NCBI RefSeq assembly: GCF_009914755.1
Contig: NC_060947.1
DNA length: 64,000 bases
Reading direction: 5' to 3' (one strand)
Source: the human T2T-CHM13v2.0 reference genome, Homo sapiens
Shown here: positions 1 to 16,624 of the stretch, in pieces
How positions within the stretch are numbered: the first letter of the stretch is position 1
Layout of the letters: each line of letters opens with the position of its first letter
Program-made: the position numbers and the translations under genes
The notes under the pieces: generated by a model
What the model was told of the DNA's origin: nothing
Database searches by the model: none
The model's input: only the letters and a program-made list of their open reading frames with translations

Positions 1-1621
1 TCCATACAAACTCTATTGGAAAAATCTACTTAATTAGAAGGAAAAAATTGGAAAGTGGTTAACATTGTGCAAGTACAATTTTCTCAGATGATTAGACACT
101 TTTTCTTTTGAAATGAATAAATAAAAGGGAGAGAGGGGCAGAATAATAATGGTACAGGTTTTACTTTTTAAAGTTTGAATAAAATTAGCATAATTTCCCT
201 TTATTAAGCTACAGTACATAGAAAGCACATTATAGACACTGTAGGTGGAAATGTGGGTGGATACATAGGAGGGGAAATGAGAGAGCATTGAAAATACAGC
301 TGAAATAATGAGCATGTAAGATGAAGAATGGCAGAAAGGATCAGGCTGGAAGATGTAAGGATCCCTGCTTTGATCACAGACAAAAGGGATAGTGCACAGA
401 AAATAAGAGGGAACCATTCAGCTAAGCTGGGAGACTGGGGCAGCCTGGGCTAATGGAGCTGGGCATAGATAGCAAGAGAACAGGGAATGCTTCACCATTG
501 ACTTGGGGTTAAAAATTATACCTTGTGCTTAAAGGGGAGAAAAACACAATAATATCATTCATAAAAATACCTAGTTTTATCCACACTAACCCTGATGGAA
601 ATAGAAGCTACACAACTCAGCTACGCAACTTTGTACTGCAGCAAGCTTGTTGGAATATGGATCATTGGGTTTGCTGTTTATTCTGTCCATCCTGCTCAAG
701 TATGGACAATGCAGTCCTTCTACACACAACCTTCCTGTCCCATTCATTTTACACATAAGGAAATGCAAGCTCAATGAAGGTATGCAAACAGAGTCATTTT
801 AAAAATCTTAGGTCCTTGGGAGGCAGGCAAGTAAATCTCCATATGTGATTTCTATGGAAAGTGCTCTGCTTCTTGATATATGGCAAAGAATGAATCAAGA
901 AATTGACAGTATTGAAGCAATTGATTTAAATTTTCAAAGGATGTTTACAGATTAGTGGATAAATCCGAATTTGGGACTTCCTAGCCTGACCCATGCCAGG
1001 CATACTATTTAGATGGTACCATAGTTTCAGCTACAAATCTGGAAATCCCAGTGAATTATCAGTATATTTTCTCTCCCGAAAGACTAGGCAGTTAGATGGC
1101 AAATTCTCAGCCCCAAAATTAGTCCTGGGATATCATCTTTTCAGCTTGCACTCTCTGCACCTTCCAGGCAGTGGTTCCACTCAATAACCTCTCTCCTAAC
1201 TCGGAATCTCCTTCTCACTCTTGCCCCAGATTTTCTCGTTTCCCACCCACACCTCCTTTACCTCACCCAAAACTCCCTACTATCTTCTTTTCATCTTTTC
1301 ATCATGGATGCCCTTGATGGCTATTGAGAGGAGCTTTGATTCACCAGTAAATATGGAACCCAAATTTTCATCAGTGGAAATTGGATCTCCCTTACTCAAG
1401 GGCAAGGAGCATTCTTCTCCAGCAACGTAATTAATTGTTAGGTCTCCCCTAGAGACTTTTCTCCTAGAGAAGATAAACTTTCTGTATATATTAGGACCAA
1501 TAGCTCTGTCTAATGCACTCAAGAAAAATAAAGAGAAATTTTTCCTTAAAATAGAGTGAATCCCTGCATCCTATTAAAAGGTTTACTTCCCATGATGAGT
1601 AACCTGTCCTTAGTATACATC

Positions 1622-1970
1622 TATCTTAGTCTGCTTGGGCTGCTATAACAAAATACTTTAAACCGGGGAATTTATAAGCAACAGAGATTCATGCTCACAG
1701 ATCTAGAGACTGGGAAATCTAAGATCAAGGCATAATCTGATCCAGTGTCTGGCACTGGCCTGCTCCTCACAGATGGCACCCTGTATGTGTCCTCGCATGG
1801 CAGAAGGGCAGTCTCCTTTAGGCCTCTTTTATAAGAACACCAATCCTATTCACAAGGGATCTGCCCTTATGACCTAATCACCTCCCCAGCCCCCACCTTC
1901 TAATACTATTTATTAGGGATTAGGTATCAGCATATAAGCTTGGGGGGATCTAAACACTCAGACTATAGCA
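1622..1970 (-). mobile_element. MaLR solo LTR (MLT1A/MSTD-like)
   Basis: Begins tatcttagtctgcttgggctgctataacaaaatac and ends ctcagactatagca, the reverse-complemented termini of MLT1A-type LTRs; about 350 bp. Confidence 0.85.
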
Positions 1971-2129
1971 ACAGCTTAGAACTTGCTATACCAAACAGCT
2001 GTATACAGATTGCCCCCTCATCAGCCTCTCTGGAGGAGTTCTGGCTATGCTTAAAATTATTTACCTAATACTGTGCTGCTCTCAACCATCTTATCTAATG
2101 AAGCACTCCATTTATTCTTTATATTAATA

Positions 2130-2320
2130 TATTATTTGTTTCCTTCATAGGACTTATTTCTCTTAAAATTATAGTATGTATTTGTTTATTTTCTTGTATT
2201 TAAGTTTCATTTTAGCTCTGTCAGGGCAGTGACTATGATTCTTCTGATTTTTGTGTCATTCCCAATAACTAAATGTTTCTGGCAGAGTTAACGCATAAAT
2301 ACGTGTTGATTGATTAAGTA
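2130..2320 (+). mobile_element. L2 LINE 3' end remnant
   Basis: Degenerate agctctgtcagggcag...ctggcaga...cataaatacgtgttgattgatt matches the L2 tail pattern. Confidence 0.6.
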
Positions 2321-2479
2321 GGTAACCTAGTATGAGCTAGGAGATCAGGATTCTGCTGTTCATGGGTAGCTCTCCAGAAAAACGACTTATGTCTACATGT
2401 GGCCCAGAAGCATCAAAAGCCACCTGGATTCAGGATGCTGACTCTGCCATGAGGTTGTCTTGGCTTTGGTCAGGAAATT

Positions 2480-3707
2480 TGCCCCATCCCACCCATGGTG
2501 GACTAAATCACTGAGTCCAGTTCTTTACCCTTCTATCTTCACCCGTTCTGTGGCCTTTCAGTTTTAGTCATGTCTTGCTTTAGCCAGTGTGGCTAGATGT
2601 GATGCTGGGTCAATTCTGAGCCTAGGACTTCAGAGGCTTTGCATATTTCTGTCAAGAGGTGAGCTGTTTTTGAAAAAGCTGAGCTGCCAGGTAGTTAATT
2701 AAGACAATAAGACAAAATGAAAGTGACAGTCAAGCACTTAATCACTTATTGTGATAGTATAAGCAAGAAACTAAACAAGAGTAAGTGCTGGTTCCTGCAA
2801 TGTTCCATTTTTGCCTGTGAAACAGCACCAGGTGAGGGTCAGGTGTATCAGTGCAGATAGTAGGAATTGTCCCACCCTTGAGGGATTACCAAACAAAAGG
2901 CTCCTGCCATTTTATGGACCTGGGGTTGGCGATAGGAAGAGAAATAAAGGCTAAGAGTGGGAAAGTACTGAATATTGAGTCAAAGTAGAGAAAAATGTCT
3001 TCAAGTCACCCTGATCAGGTGGTGTCAGCAGAAGTGCTAGAGAGAAGCCTTGGCCAAGGACCTCCAATAAAGAAGTCTCTGAATGGAGGTGCCTGGCCTA
3101 GGAATTCAGATATTCATACAAGCATGGCAAGCTGGAGGGTCTGAGTCCTTGACTACAACTTCCTTCAGAGATTGCAATTCACAGCCGATATGGTTTGGCT
3201 TTGTGTCCCCACCCAAATCACATCTCAAATTGTAATCCAAATGTGTCAAGGGAGGGACCTGGTGGGAGGTGATTGGGTCATGGAGGCAGTTTCCCCCATG
3301 TTGTTCTCGTATAGTGAGGAAGTTCTCATGATATCTGATGGTGTTAAAGGTGGTAGTTTCCCCAGTACACTCTATCTCTCTTTCGCTGCCTTGTGAAGAA
3401 GGTACCTGCTTCCCCTTCACCTTCCACCATGACCGTAACTTCCTGAGGTCTCTTCAGCCATGCAGAATTGTGAGTCAATTAAACCTCTTTCCTTAATAAA
3501 TTACCCAGTCTTGGGTAGTATCTTTATAGCAGTGTGAGAATAGACTTATACAAAGAATTGGTACTGGGAGTGGGACACTGCTATAAAGTTAACCTGAAAA
3601 TGTGGAAGTGACTTTGGAACTGGGTAGCAGGTAGAGCTGGCTCTTTTAGAACACTGAGTTTGGAGTGTTTGTTATACAACATTATTGTGGCATAGCTGAT
3701 AGATACA
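2480..3707 (+). mobile_element. Old MaLR LTR (MLT1G/H-like), interrupted by younger insertions
   Basis: 5' part gtcatgtcttgctttagccagtg...ctgagcctaggacttcagaggc; 3' terminus tttgttatacaacattattgtggcatagctgatagataca at about 3667-3707. Confidence 0.6.
3186..3640 (+). mobile_element. THE1D-like LTR (3186-3552) plus about 90 bp of internal sequence
   Basis: gatatggtttggctttgtgtccccacccaaat...gacttataca, followed by the MaLR-int start aagaattggtactgggagtggg...tgtggaagtgactttggaactgggta. Confidence 0.9.
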
Positions 3708-4853
3708 CCACCCTTTTTCCAGTCACCATAAAAATTGGCCCCTACCACAGGTCCTTACTCCAATAAAAATTACCAGGCATGCAAAGGAACAGAAAAATTC
3801 TACTCATAATGAGAAGAAATATCAATCAACCAAAAGAAGCCCAGAAATGATACAGATTAATAAACAAAGACATTTTAACTTGTTATGATAACTGTACTTC
3901 ATATGTTCAAGAAATTAGATGACAAATTGAGCATGTTAAGTAGATAATGGAAGATATAATAAAGACATAAATTAAACTTCTAGAGATAAAAAAATATCAT
4001 GTATGAGACAAAAAGGCATGGCATAGAATTATGGCAGATTAGACATTGCAGAAGAAAATATTGTGAACTTGAAAAAATAGCAATAGAAAATATCCAAGAA
4101 TATGAGGAAAAATGAGTAGAGATTAGTGAGTTGTACAACAACTTCTAGCAGCCTAACATAGGTGTAACTGAAGTCCTCAAAAGATAAGATTCATGGGTAG
4201 GGAAGAGAAAAAAGTATTGAAGAAATAATAGCAGAAAACTTTCTAAATATGATTAAAATTATAAATCTACTTATTAAAGATCAACAAATTCTTATCACAA
4301 GTAATAAGAACAAAGCCTACATTAAAGAACATCATAATCAAATTGCTCAAAATAAGTGATTAAAAAATCTGAAAAGTAGAGAAAAAACACATTAGGTAAA
4401 AAGAAACACGAATAAGGATGTCAGCAATTTGCTATTCAGAAACAATGCAAACAATAAGACAGTAGGACAACATATTTACAGTATTAAAATAAAACAATGG
4501 TCAACAAAGAATTCTTTCCCAGTGAAAACATATTTTAAAAAACGAATACAAAATAAAGGCATTTCTAGACACTTAAAAGCTGAAAGTATTAATCACTAGC
4601 AGGCCTGCACTCTAAAAAATGTTAAAGAACTTTATCCAAGAAGAATAAAAATGATGCAATATGAAAATCCGGATCTGTACAAAGTAATAAAGAGCACCTA
4701 AACTGATAACTTACCTGGATAATTATTTAAAATAAACTCTTATTATTTAAATCCCTTTAAGAGGTAATTGTCTAAAGTTGGACTTAGAAAACCTTTTCTG
4801 TTAAGGGCCAGACTAAAAATATTATGATTTGTAGGTCACATGGGCTCTGTCAT

Positions 4854-7813
<2,960 letters not shown>

Positions 7814-7904
7814 ATCACATTACTCAATTCTGCTGTTATTGCATGAAAGCAGCCATAAATAATACATAAATAAAAAGGTGTAACTGTTTTCCAATAAAAT
7901 TTTA

Positions 7905-8202
<298 letters not shown>

Positions 8203-10299
8203 TTACAAAACTAAGTAGTGATCTGAGTTTGCCTCATGGCTATAATTTGTCAAATCTTGTTTCAAAGCAGAAGTAATATCAATATATTACAGGATTTATA
8301 ACATATGTAAAAGTAAAATAGATGCCAAGAGGAGCATAAGGACTGGAGAGGAGAAATGGGAATATATGACAGTTCAGTTATACTGCATGTGAAGTGTTAT
8401 AACATCATGTGAAGATAGGCTATAACATAAGGATGTTTGTTCTAAACCTTAGAATAGCCACTAAATAACACAACAAAGCATTACAGCCAATAATTCAAAA
8501 AATGAGATAAAATGGAATAATAAAGATACCAAATCCAAAAGAAGGCAAAAAGGAGAAGTGAACAAAGAATAGATAGAATAAAACAAATAGCAAGATGTTG
8601 ATTTAAATGCAATCATATCAGTAATCAAGTTAAATATAAATGACCTAAATACTGTACCTAAAATCATAGATTTTTCAGATTAGATTTTAAAAAGCAAAAC
8701 TCAACTATATGCTGCCTACTAATAGGTTAAAAATAAAAGACGAAAAAATATATACTATGGTAACATTAATAAAAATAGAGCTGGAGTGAATATACTAATA
8801 TCACACAAAATAAGACTTCAGAGCAAATAATATTACCAAGGATAAAGACAGTAATTTTATAATGATAGATAAGTCAATTCATCTATCAAGAGAACATAAC
8901 AATTCTAAACATTTATTCACCTTCAGACAGAGCATCCAGATAGGAAAGAAAGAGGTAAACTATATTTGCAAATACTATAATCATTTATCAAGAAAATCAT
9001 ATGAAATTAAAAAAACCAGAAGAACTAATAGGTGAGTTTAAGCAAAGTTATAAAATTTAAATTCAATATACAAAAATCAATTGTATTTCTATACACTAAC
9101 AACAAAAATAAGAAATTGAAACTTAATACTATTTACAGTAGAATAAAATGTAGGAAATACCTAGGGATAAATCTGACAAAATATATGCAAGATTTGTACT
9201 CTGAAATGAACAAAACATTACTGAGGACAAGTAAAGAAGACAATAAATGGAAAGGTATACCATATTTAAAGTTTAGAAGACTCAATTTTGTTAAAATTCA
9301 GATCTCCTCAATTGATCTATAGTTTCAAGAAAATTCCATTAAAAATTTCATCAGGCATTTTTGTAGAAATTGCAAAGCTGATTCTAAAATTAATATGAAT
9401 TTATAAAGGATGAAAATAGCCAAAAAAATTTGAAAGAGAAAAACAAAGTTGAAAGATATACGCTACTTTACTTCAAGACTTACTATAAAGGTACAGTAAT
9501 CAATACAGTATAATATTGCTATAAAACTATACAAACAGATCAATGGAAAAAATACAGAGTTCAGAAATAGATCCATGTATATATACAACTGATTTTCTAT
9601 GAAAGTGTGAAGGCAGTACAGTGGACAAAGATAGCCTTTTCAACAAATGGTACATATCCATTTGAAAAAGAAGAACTTTAATCCACACCTCAATTAACTC
9701 AAAGTGGACCATAGACCTAAATATACAACCTAAAGCTATAAAACTTCTGGAAAGAAATCATAATCCATCTTAATGACCTTGGGTTAGGCAAAGACATTTT
9801 AGATACAAATGTCTTTAATCACCAAAATCACCATCTAATAAATTTCATCTATTTTTTTAAATAATAAATTTGGACTTCATAAGTAAAGGCTGCCACTCTA
9901 CTTCCAAAGACAATACTAAGAGAATGAAAAGACAAACTAAAGACTAGGAGAAAATGTTACAAAATCACAACTTTTATCTGATTTTAATAACTTCTATATG
10001 GAATATATTAAGAACTCTCAAAACTCAGTTATAAGAAAATTAAATTCCCAATTAAAAATGGGCAACGAACTTCAACAAAAAATAGGCAGGTGGTAAATAA
10101 GAACATGAAAACATGCTCAGTACCTGTAGTCATTAGGAAAATGAAAATTTAAACCACAATGAGATCACTATAATTAAAAAAAAAACAAACAACTGACCAT
10201 GCCTAGGGTTGTTAAGGTTGTGGAGTAAGTGGGGCTTTCATACACTGTTAGTAGAAATGTGAAATTGTTCATCCACTTTCAAAAATGGTTAGTTTCTTC

Positions 10300-13200
10300 T
10301 TTTAATGAGCAGCTTTTAAAAAACGTACTTTTAAAAGAGCTTTCTTCAGATATAACTCACATGCTACATGATTCACCCATTTCAAGTATATACAATTCAA
10401 TGTTTTTTAGTATATCCACAGATACATGTAATCATCACCACAGTCAATTTTAGAACATTTTTATCACTTCAAAAAAAAAAATGCTGTTCCCTTTAGGTAT
10501 TATCCTCTACTCCCCTACTACCCCAACCTTAAGCAACCACTAATCTTTCTAGCTCTATAAATTTGCCTTTCTGTGCATGCTATATAAATAGACACATGTA
10601 CACTGTCTTTTGTGATTGGCTTCTTTCACTTAACATAATGTTTCCAATGTTCATCCATCCTGTAGGATGTATCTGTACTTCATTCCTTTTCATTGTCAAA
10701 TTATATTCCATTGTATTACTATAACATATGACATTGTGTTCATTCATTTATCTGTTGATGGACATGTGGGTTGTTTCCTCCTTTTGGATACTATGAATAA
10801 TGCTTGTTTACAAGTTCTCATGTGGACATATGTGTTCATTTCTTTGGGGTATATACTGAGGAGCAGAACTTCTGGGCATAATAAATATGTTTAACTGCTT
10901 GAGGAACTACCAAACTATTTTTCAATGTGACTGTACCATTTTACATGCTTATCAGCAGTATATGAGGGATCCAGTTTTTCTACATCTTCACCAACCCTGG
11001 TTATCTTCTGACTTTTTTGTGATAGCTATATTAGAGGATGTGAGGTGGTATCTCATTGGGTTTTTCATAGATGCCCTTTATGAGGTTGAGGAAATTCTCT
11101 TCTATTCCTAGTTTGTTAAGTGTTTTTTTCCATCATGAATAAGTGTTAGATTTTATCATATATTTTTCTGCTTCTATTGAGATGATCAGATTGTTTTCTG
11201 TTATTCTCTTTATATATTACATATTTCTGTTATTCTCTTTATATATTACATTAATTGGTGTTTCTTTTTTTGGATTTTAAACCAACTTAGCATTCCTGGC
11301 ATAAATCCCATTTGGTCTTGTTGTATAATCCTTTTTATGTATTGGCTAGATTTTGTTTAGTACTATTTTGTTGTGTATTTTTGCATATTCATAAAAGATA
11401 TTAGCCTGTAGTTTGCTTGTGATGTAGTTATCTTGTTTTGGTATTAGATTAACAACTAATACCCTAATAGAATGAATTGGGAAGTGTTTCTTCCTCTTCT
11501 AAGTTCCAGTAGTTTCTTCTCTTAGCTTTTTAGCTCAAGGCATTGTTATAGTTATTATTTTATAGTTTTATGTCTTTTTAAAAAGCTAAGAGAAGAAATT
11601 ATATGTATATACACATAACTTCTTGTTTATCATTTCTGATTCTCTTCTTTTGTTCCTGTAATCGAAGTTACCATCTGGAGTCATTTCCTTAGCTCAATGT
11701 AGCCCTTCTCCCATTCACCTACTTTGTGTGGTTATTGGCAAATATATCACATTTCTATATGTTCAAGGCCCAGCATTCTATGAGATACATATTGTCTTAC
11801 ATGTAGCTTTTAAAATCCGTTGAGAAGAAAGAAGAAGAAATTATGGTTTTATATTTCTTTTATAATTATATAATTACTTTTACCAGTGCTTTTTGGTTTT
11901 TGTGCATGAATTCAAATTGCTATCTGAGGTCACATGCTTACAGCCTGCAGCATTTTTCTTAGTATATATGTAAGGAGGATCTGCTAGCAACAAATTCAGT
12001 TTTTGTTTATCTGGGAATGTCTTAATTTCACCTTCATTTTTGAAATCTAGCTTTGCTGAATATATGAATCTTTTTTTAACAGTTTCTTTCTTTGAGCTGT
12101 CTCAATATGTTATCCCACCACCTTCTGACCTTTACTGTTTCTAATAAGAAGCCAACTGTTAACCTTACAAGGGGTTCTCTTGAAAGTATAGTCATTTTTC
12201 TCTTGCTACTTTCAAGGTTTTCTCCCTGTCTTTGCCTTTTAGCATTTTTATTATGATGTGTCTATTTGTGGACCTCTTTGCCTTTATCCTAGTTGGAGTT
12301 CATGGAGCCTCCTGGTTGTATAGATTCATGTTTTACAATAAATTTGTGAAGTTTTCAGCCACTCATTTTTAAAATATGCTTCTTCCTCATCATCTTCTTC
12401 CTCTGGTATTCCTGTTATTTATGTGTATGCGATGAAGGTAGTAGTGACCCACATTTCTCCTTTGTTCATTTTTCTTGGTTCTTTTTTCTCTGTTCTTCAG
12501 CTTAGATAATTTCTATGAATATACAAGTTCACCATTTTTTTCTTTTTCCAATTCTAATCCATTATTAAGCCCCAGTAGTGAATTTTAAATTTTCATTATT
12601 ATACTTTTAAATTCCCAAATTCCCATTAAAAATATTTTCTATCACTTTATTGACATTCTCTATTTGATGAGACAGTGTCATTGCACCTCCCTTCACTTCT
12701 GTAATCATGTTTTTCTTTTCTTCTTTGAACATATTTCTAATGGCAACCTTGAAGTCTTGGCTGCTAAATCCAACAAGTAGTAGTTCTCACAGGCAGTTTC
12801 TGTTGCCTTTTTTTTATATGATCTTTCCTGTTTCTTTGCATGTTTCATAATTTTTTATTAAAAATTGGACATTTTAGATAATATATTTTATTAACTCTGG
12901 GTTCTGGAATTCTCCTTCTAGGACTTGTTATTATTTGCTTGTTTACTTGTTTAGTGACTGACTAGACTATTTTAGCAAAGTCTGTTTCCTCCATGCCTCC
13001 AACGTGAAGCCTCTGATGTTGCTCCTCAGAGGGCACAGCCTTGATTATGCCAGTAGTTACCTTGGGATGAGAGTGGTTTGGGTAGGGTTCTCTTTGATCT
13101 TCTCTTTCCCTAACCACACCTGATGTTAAGTTCCACTAATTGCCAGCAGATTGTTCCATTGTTTTCAACAATGTCTAAGCATAAATTGCTTCATAGACTA

Positions 13201-14178
13201 ATCCAATCCAATTCAGGCTCCTTTGAAGAGATAATTACTGAGCTCAGTGTTTAGAATTTGTTTGGACTATAGGATATTTCTTAGCTGTCCCTTTCCCTTG
13301 TTTTTCTCCAGCAACCTAGTCAGCCTATAGTTTTGATTTTATTTCCAATTAATCTACCAATCTCCTCCCAGTTGCCTTTCATTACAGTTTTTACTGTTTT
13401 TGAGAGTATTATTAGGCTTGAACTTCTCCACATTCTGTGACAAATTAAGTCAGTTTCTTGAGGTAGGGATTTGGAGCTCTCTGTTGTACAACCGGCTTCT
13501 CCCCTGGAGAAAATCTCTGAGACATAGCTCTTATGCTTGGGGCATGGAAAATGGCATGCATCTCTGAGTGACATCTCACTTTAGGAGCTGGATATTTGAT
13601 AGATGGAGAGAAGCCAACAGCCCTAGGTCTTCTTGCCTTGCCTCTGTCAACCGGAAATCCCCCTTCCCATGAGCTGGAGCAAAGGAAATTGGGCCCTAGT
13701 ATTCTCAGCAATGTTGCAACCTAGTTAGAGCCTCGATGCCATGATTGGGGACTGCATGGAAGAACGGAACACCTACCTCTTGGTTACATTCACCTGGATC
13801 TTAACTTCAGCAAGGGGTAGCTGGAGGCAGGATGAGAAATACTGACACCTCACCTCTCCCAAGAAGTTAGCCCTCTGACTGGGAGCTGGAGAGAAAGGGA
13901 ACCCTGTGTTCTTGGCTGTACCAGGCTGGAATGCAGTTTCCATCTTGCTGAGTTGAGATGGGCAATGGAGGGCACAGATCTTGATTCAAATAACCACAGA
14001 CTCTATCAGTTTCTACTAAGTTTAGTAGATTTTCTTGAATAAATATTCTTCATTTTCTATATTTCCTTAGAACAATTTCCAGAGACTTTAAATGGTTGCT
14101 TTAAAAATAATTTTTACCAGTTTTACTGGAAACAAATCCATGGAGCCCCTCATGCTGCCATGCCAGAAGTAGAAATCC
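10300..14178 (-). mobile_element. Old L1M (L1MB/MD-like) retaining both termini but internally deleted, inserted into the + strand L1
   Basis: 3' UTR agctttcttcagatataactcacat...gtatatacaattcaatg at the left; L1 5' start catgctgccatgccagaagtagaaatcc at the right; host L1 resumes at 14179. Confidence 0.8.
11195..11251. repeat. Perfect tandem duplication, 28 bp (period 29)
   Basis: tttctgttattctctttatatattacat occurs at 11195-11222 and 11224-11251. Confidence 0.9.
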
Positions 14179-15219
14179 AGCAGTTTTTTTAAAAAAGTTA
14201 TATATACATACACCATATGACTTAGTCATTCCACACTTAGTTATCTATTCAAGAGAAAAGAAAATATATGTCTCTACAAAAGCTTGTACACAAGTATTCC
14301 CAACAACCTTATTTTTAATAGCCCCCAACTGGAAATAAGTCAAATGCCCATCAACAGGTCAATAGATGAATTAACTGTGATGTATCTGTGCATTAGAATA
14401 CTATACAACAATAAAATAGAATGAACTGATACACACAACAGCATAGATGAATCTCAAAATAATTACACTGGGTAAAAGAAGTGAGACAAAAAATGACACA
14501 TACTGTATGACTCCTATATAAACTTCTAGAAAATGTAAGCTAATTCATAGTGACAGAAAGCACTGGGGATGGGGTGTGCTGGCAGGGATTAGAGGGAGCG
14601 ATTATAAAGGAGCATGAGGAAACTTTTCAGGGTGATGGACATTCTCATTATTTTCATTACAGTGATTGTTTCATGGGCTCATACATGTGTCAAAATGTAT
14701 CAAATTGTACACCTTAAATATGGAAAGTTTCTTGAATGTTAGTTATAACTCAATTAAGCTGTTTAAAAAAGTTATTCTGCATTTTCTCCCTAAGCATCTC
14801 TGGTCCTGGGGAAAAATAGCAAGTTTCCTCTGGCTCAAGGTGACTTTTCCACTTTCTCATGTCCAGGAACAGCTTTTTGTGTGCTCACAGCTTCTGACAA
14901 ACTGCCCAAACCACTACACTCTTCTCTCTTCCCCTCACTTGAATGCTTGGCTTCCCCCTTTCATCCTGTAATTCAGCTGTGTTTTGGATCCATTCGATTT
15001 TATTTCTTTGTGTATTTATTCGTTCAACAAACATTTGTTGAACACCTGCTTAATGCCACATGCTATGCTAAATTTTAGAAATAAAAAAGAAACATAGTTT
15101 CTGTTTCCAAGGTACTCATAGTCTAGTAAGACATATACACAAAAATGGCTAGGAGTCTTAAGTAATATGGAAGTTGGTGCAATGTACAGTAAAGCACAAA
15201 GAAGGAAATGGTGCTGAAA

Positions 15220-15970
15220 ATATTTGGTTTTCTGTTCCCTGAGTATTCAGCCACCCTAATCTGATAACCACAGCCTGATTTTCTTGTGGATAATTATTTT
15301 TCTCCACTGTGTGCTGTCTCAGTGCAACAACAAGTGACTGTGCCTTCCTTTACCAGGAAGCATGTAACCCAAGCTGAGATGCTTGAGAGTTTTTTCCACG
15401 AATTTTCTGTCTTGAGAGACCCAAGGATGGAAAAATAGATATACAAATGGTCCCCAACTTATGATGATTCAACTTATAATATTTTAACTTTCAAATAGTG
15501 CAAAAGTGATATGCATTCAGTAAAAATTGTACTTCAAAATCTGAATTTTAATTTTTTCTTAGGCTTGTAATATGTAGTATGATATTCTCTCACGATATTG
15601 GGCAGCAGCAGTGAGCCATAGCTCCAAGTCAGTTTTGTGATCACAAGAGTAAACAATCAATACTCTAAAATGCATTAAATACATATTTGACGTATTTTCA
15701 ACTTATAATGGGTTTAACTGAGACATAACTCCATCACAAGTAGAGGAGCATCTAGTGCATTCATTCCAGAACTACTTCTTGGACCAGATGGTCATATTCT
15801 AATCCCTGCTGCCAGCATACCTGATCTGTCTTCATTCTTGTCTATTTCTGAGTCTGGTCCTCCAAACTTCCTATTATGTCTGTGATGAACTTCTAATACA
15901 TTTCATTTTTTCTTTAAATAAGCTCAAGTTACTTTCTGTTGCTTACAAGCAGATAACGCTAAATAATATA
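15220..15970 (+). mobile_element. Old ERVL LTR (LTR33/LTR16-like), split by MER47
   Basis: 3' terminus ctttctgttgcttacaagcagataacgctaaataata with an upstream aatacatttc signal. Confidence 0.5.
15444..15753. mobile_element. MER47-like (Tigger5) MITE
   Basis: ta|caaatggtccccaacttatgatgattcaactta...ccatcacaagtagaggagcatct terminal inverted repeats. Confidence 0.8.
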
Positions 15971-16123
15971 TTTTCATGGAAGAGTTGACTATTAACATAG
16001 ATATGGTTAAGATAGGCCATAGGGAAATTTGAAGTTGCAGATAGGTGCAGGGCCCTGGAGCATCTTAGGGTAAGGACAAGAGGATTTTAAAGTGAAAAGT
16101 AATCAATCAATAAAGTTATGGAT

Positions 16124-16310
16124 TAGTCATTCTCAAAGTGTGGTCCTCCAGACCAACAAGATCAGCATTACATGAGAATTTGTCAGAAATGCAAATTCTA
16201 GAGCCACACCTCAGACCTGCTGAATCAGAACCTCTGAGTATAGGGCCTAGCAATCTACGTTTTAACAAACCCTCCAGGTAATTCTGATGCACTCTAAGAT
16301 TTGAGAATCA
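16124..16310. mobile_element. MER5A hAT-Charlie MITE
   Basis: ttctcaaagtgtggtcc...gaaatgcaaattct...ttttaacaaaccctccaggtaattctgatgcac...tttgagaa. Confidence 0.9.
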
Positions 16311-16624
16311 AATCAATATCCTAGATAATTCACGCTGCTCTGTGAAGGAGGGATTCAAGGGGTTGAAATTTAAAGAAAGGGAGTCCAGTTGGACACTATT
16401 GCAGTAGTATATAACCTAAGCTAAGATACATCAAGTAGATGGAGTGGAAGGAAAAATGCAAGAAATTCAAAGGATAGAGGGCCAAATAGACTTCACCATC
16501 AATAGGATGTTCTCTATGAAGGAAATAAGATATCTAGAATTATTTCCAAATTTCTGATTTGGATGAATGTGTGAATAGTGGTGCCATTAACTAAGCCTTG
16601 GAAGTATAGGGAAAAAAGCAGATT

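Noticed and set aside
2650-3110. Unassigned segment inside the MLT1 LTR, possibly another LTR
   Set aside because: I could not identify a family, termini or TSD with confidence
15022-15043. Palindrome gttcaacaaacatttgttgaac
   Set aside because: An ordinary feature of the L2 3' tail
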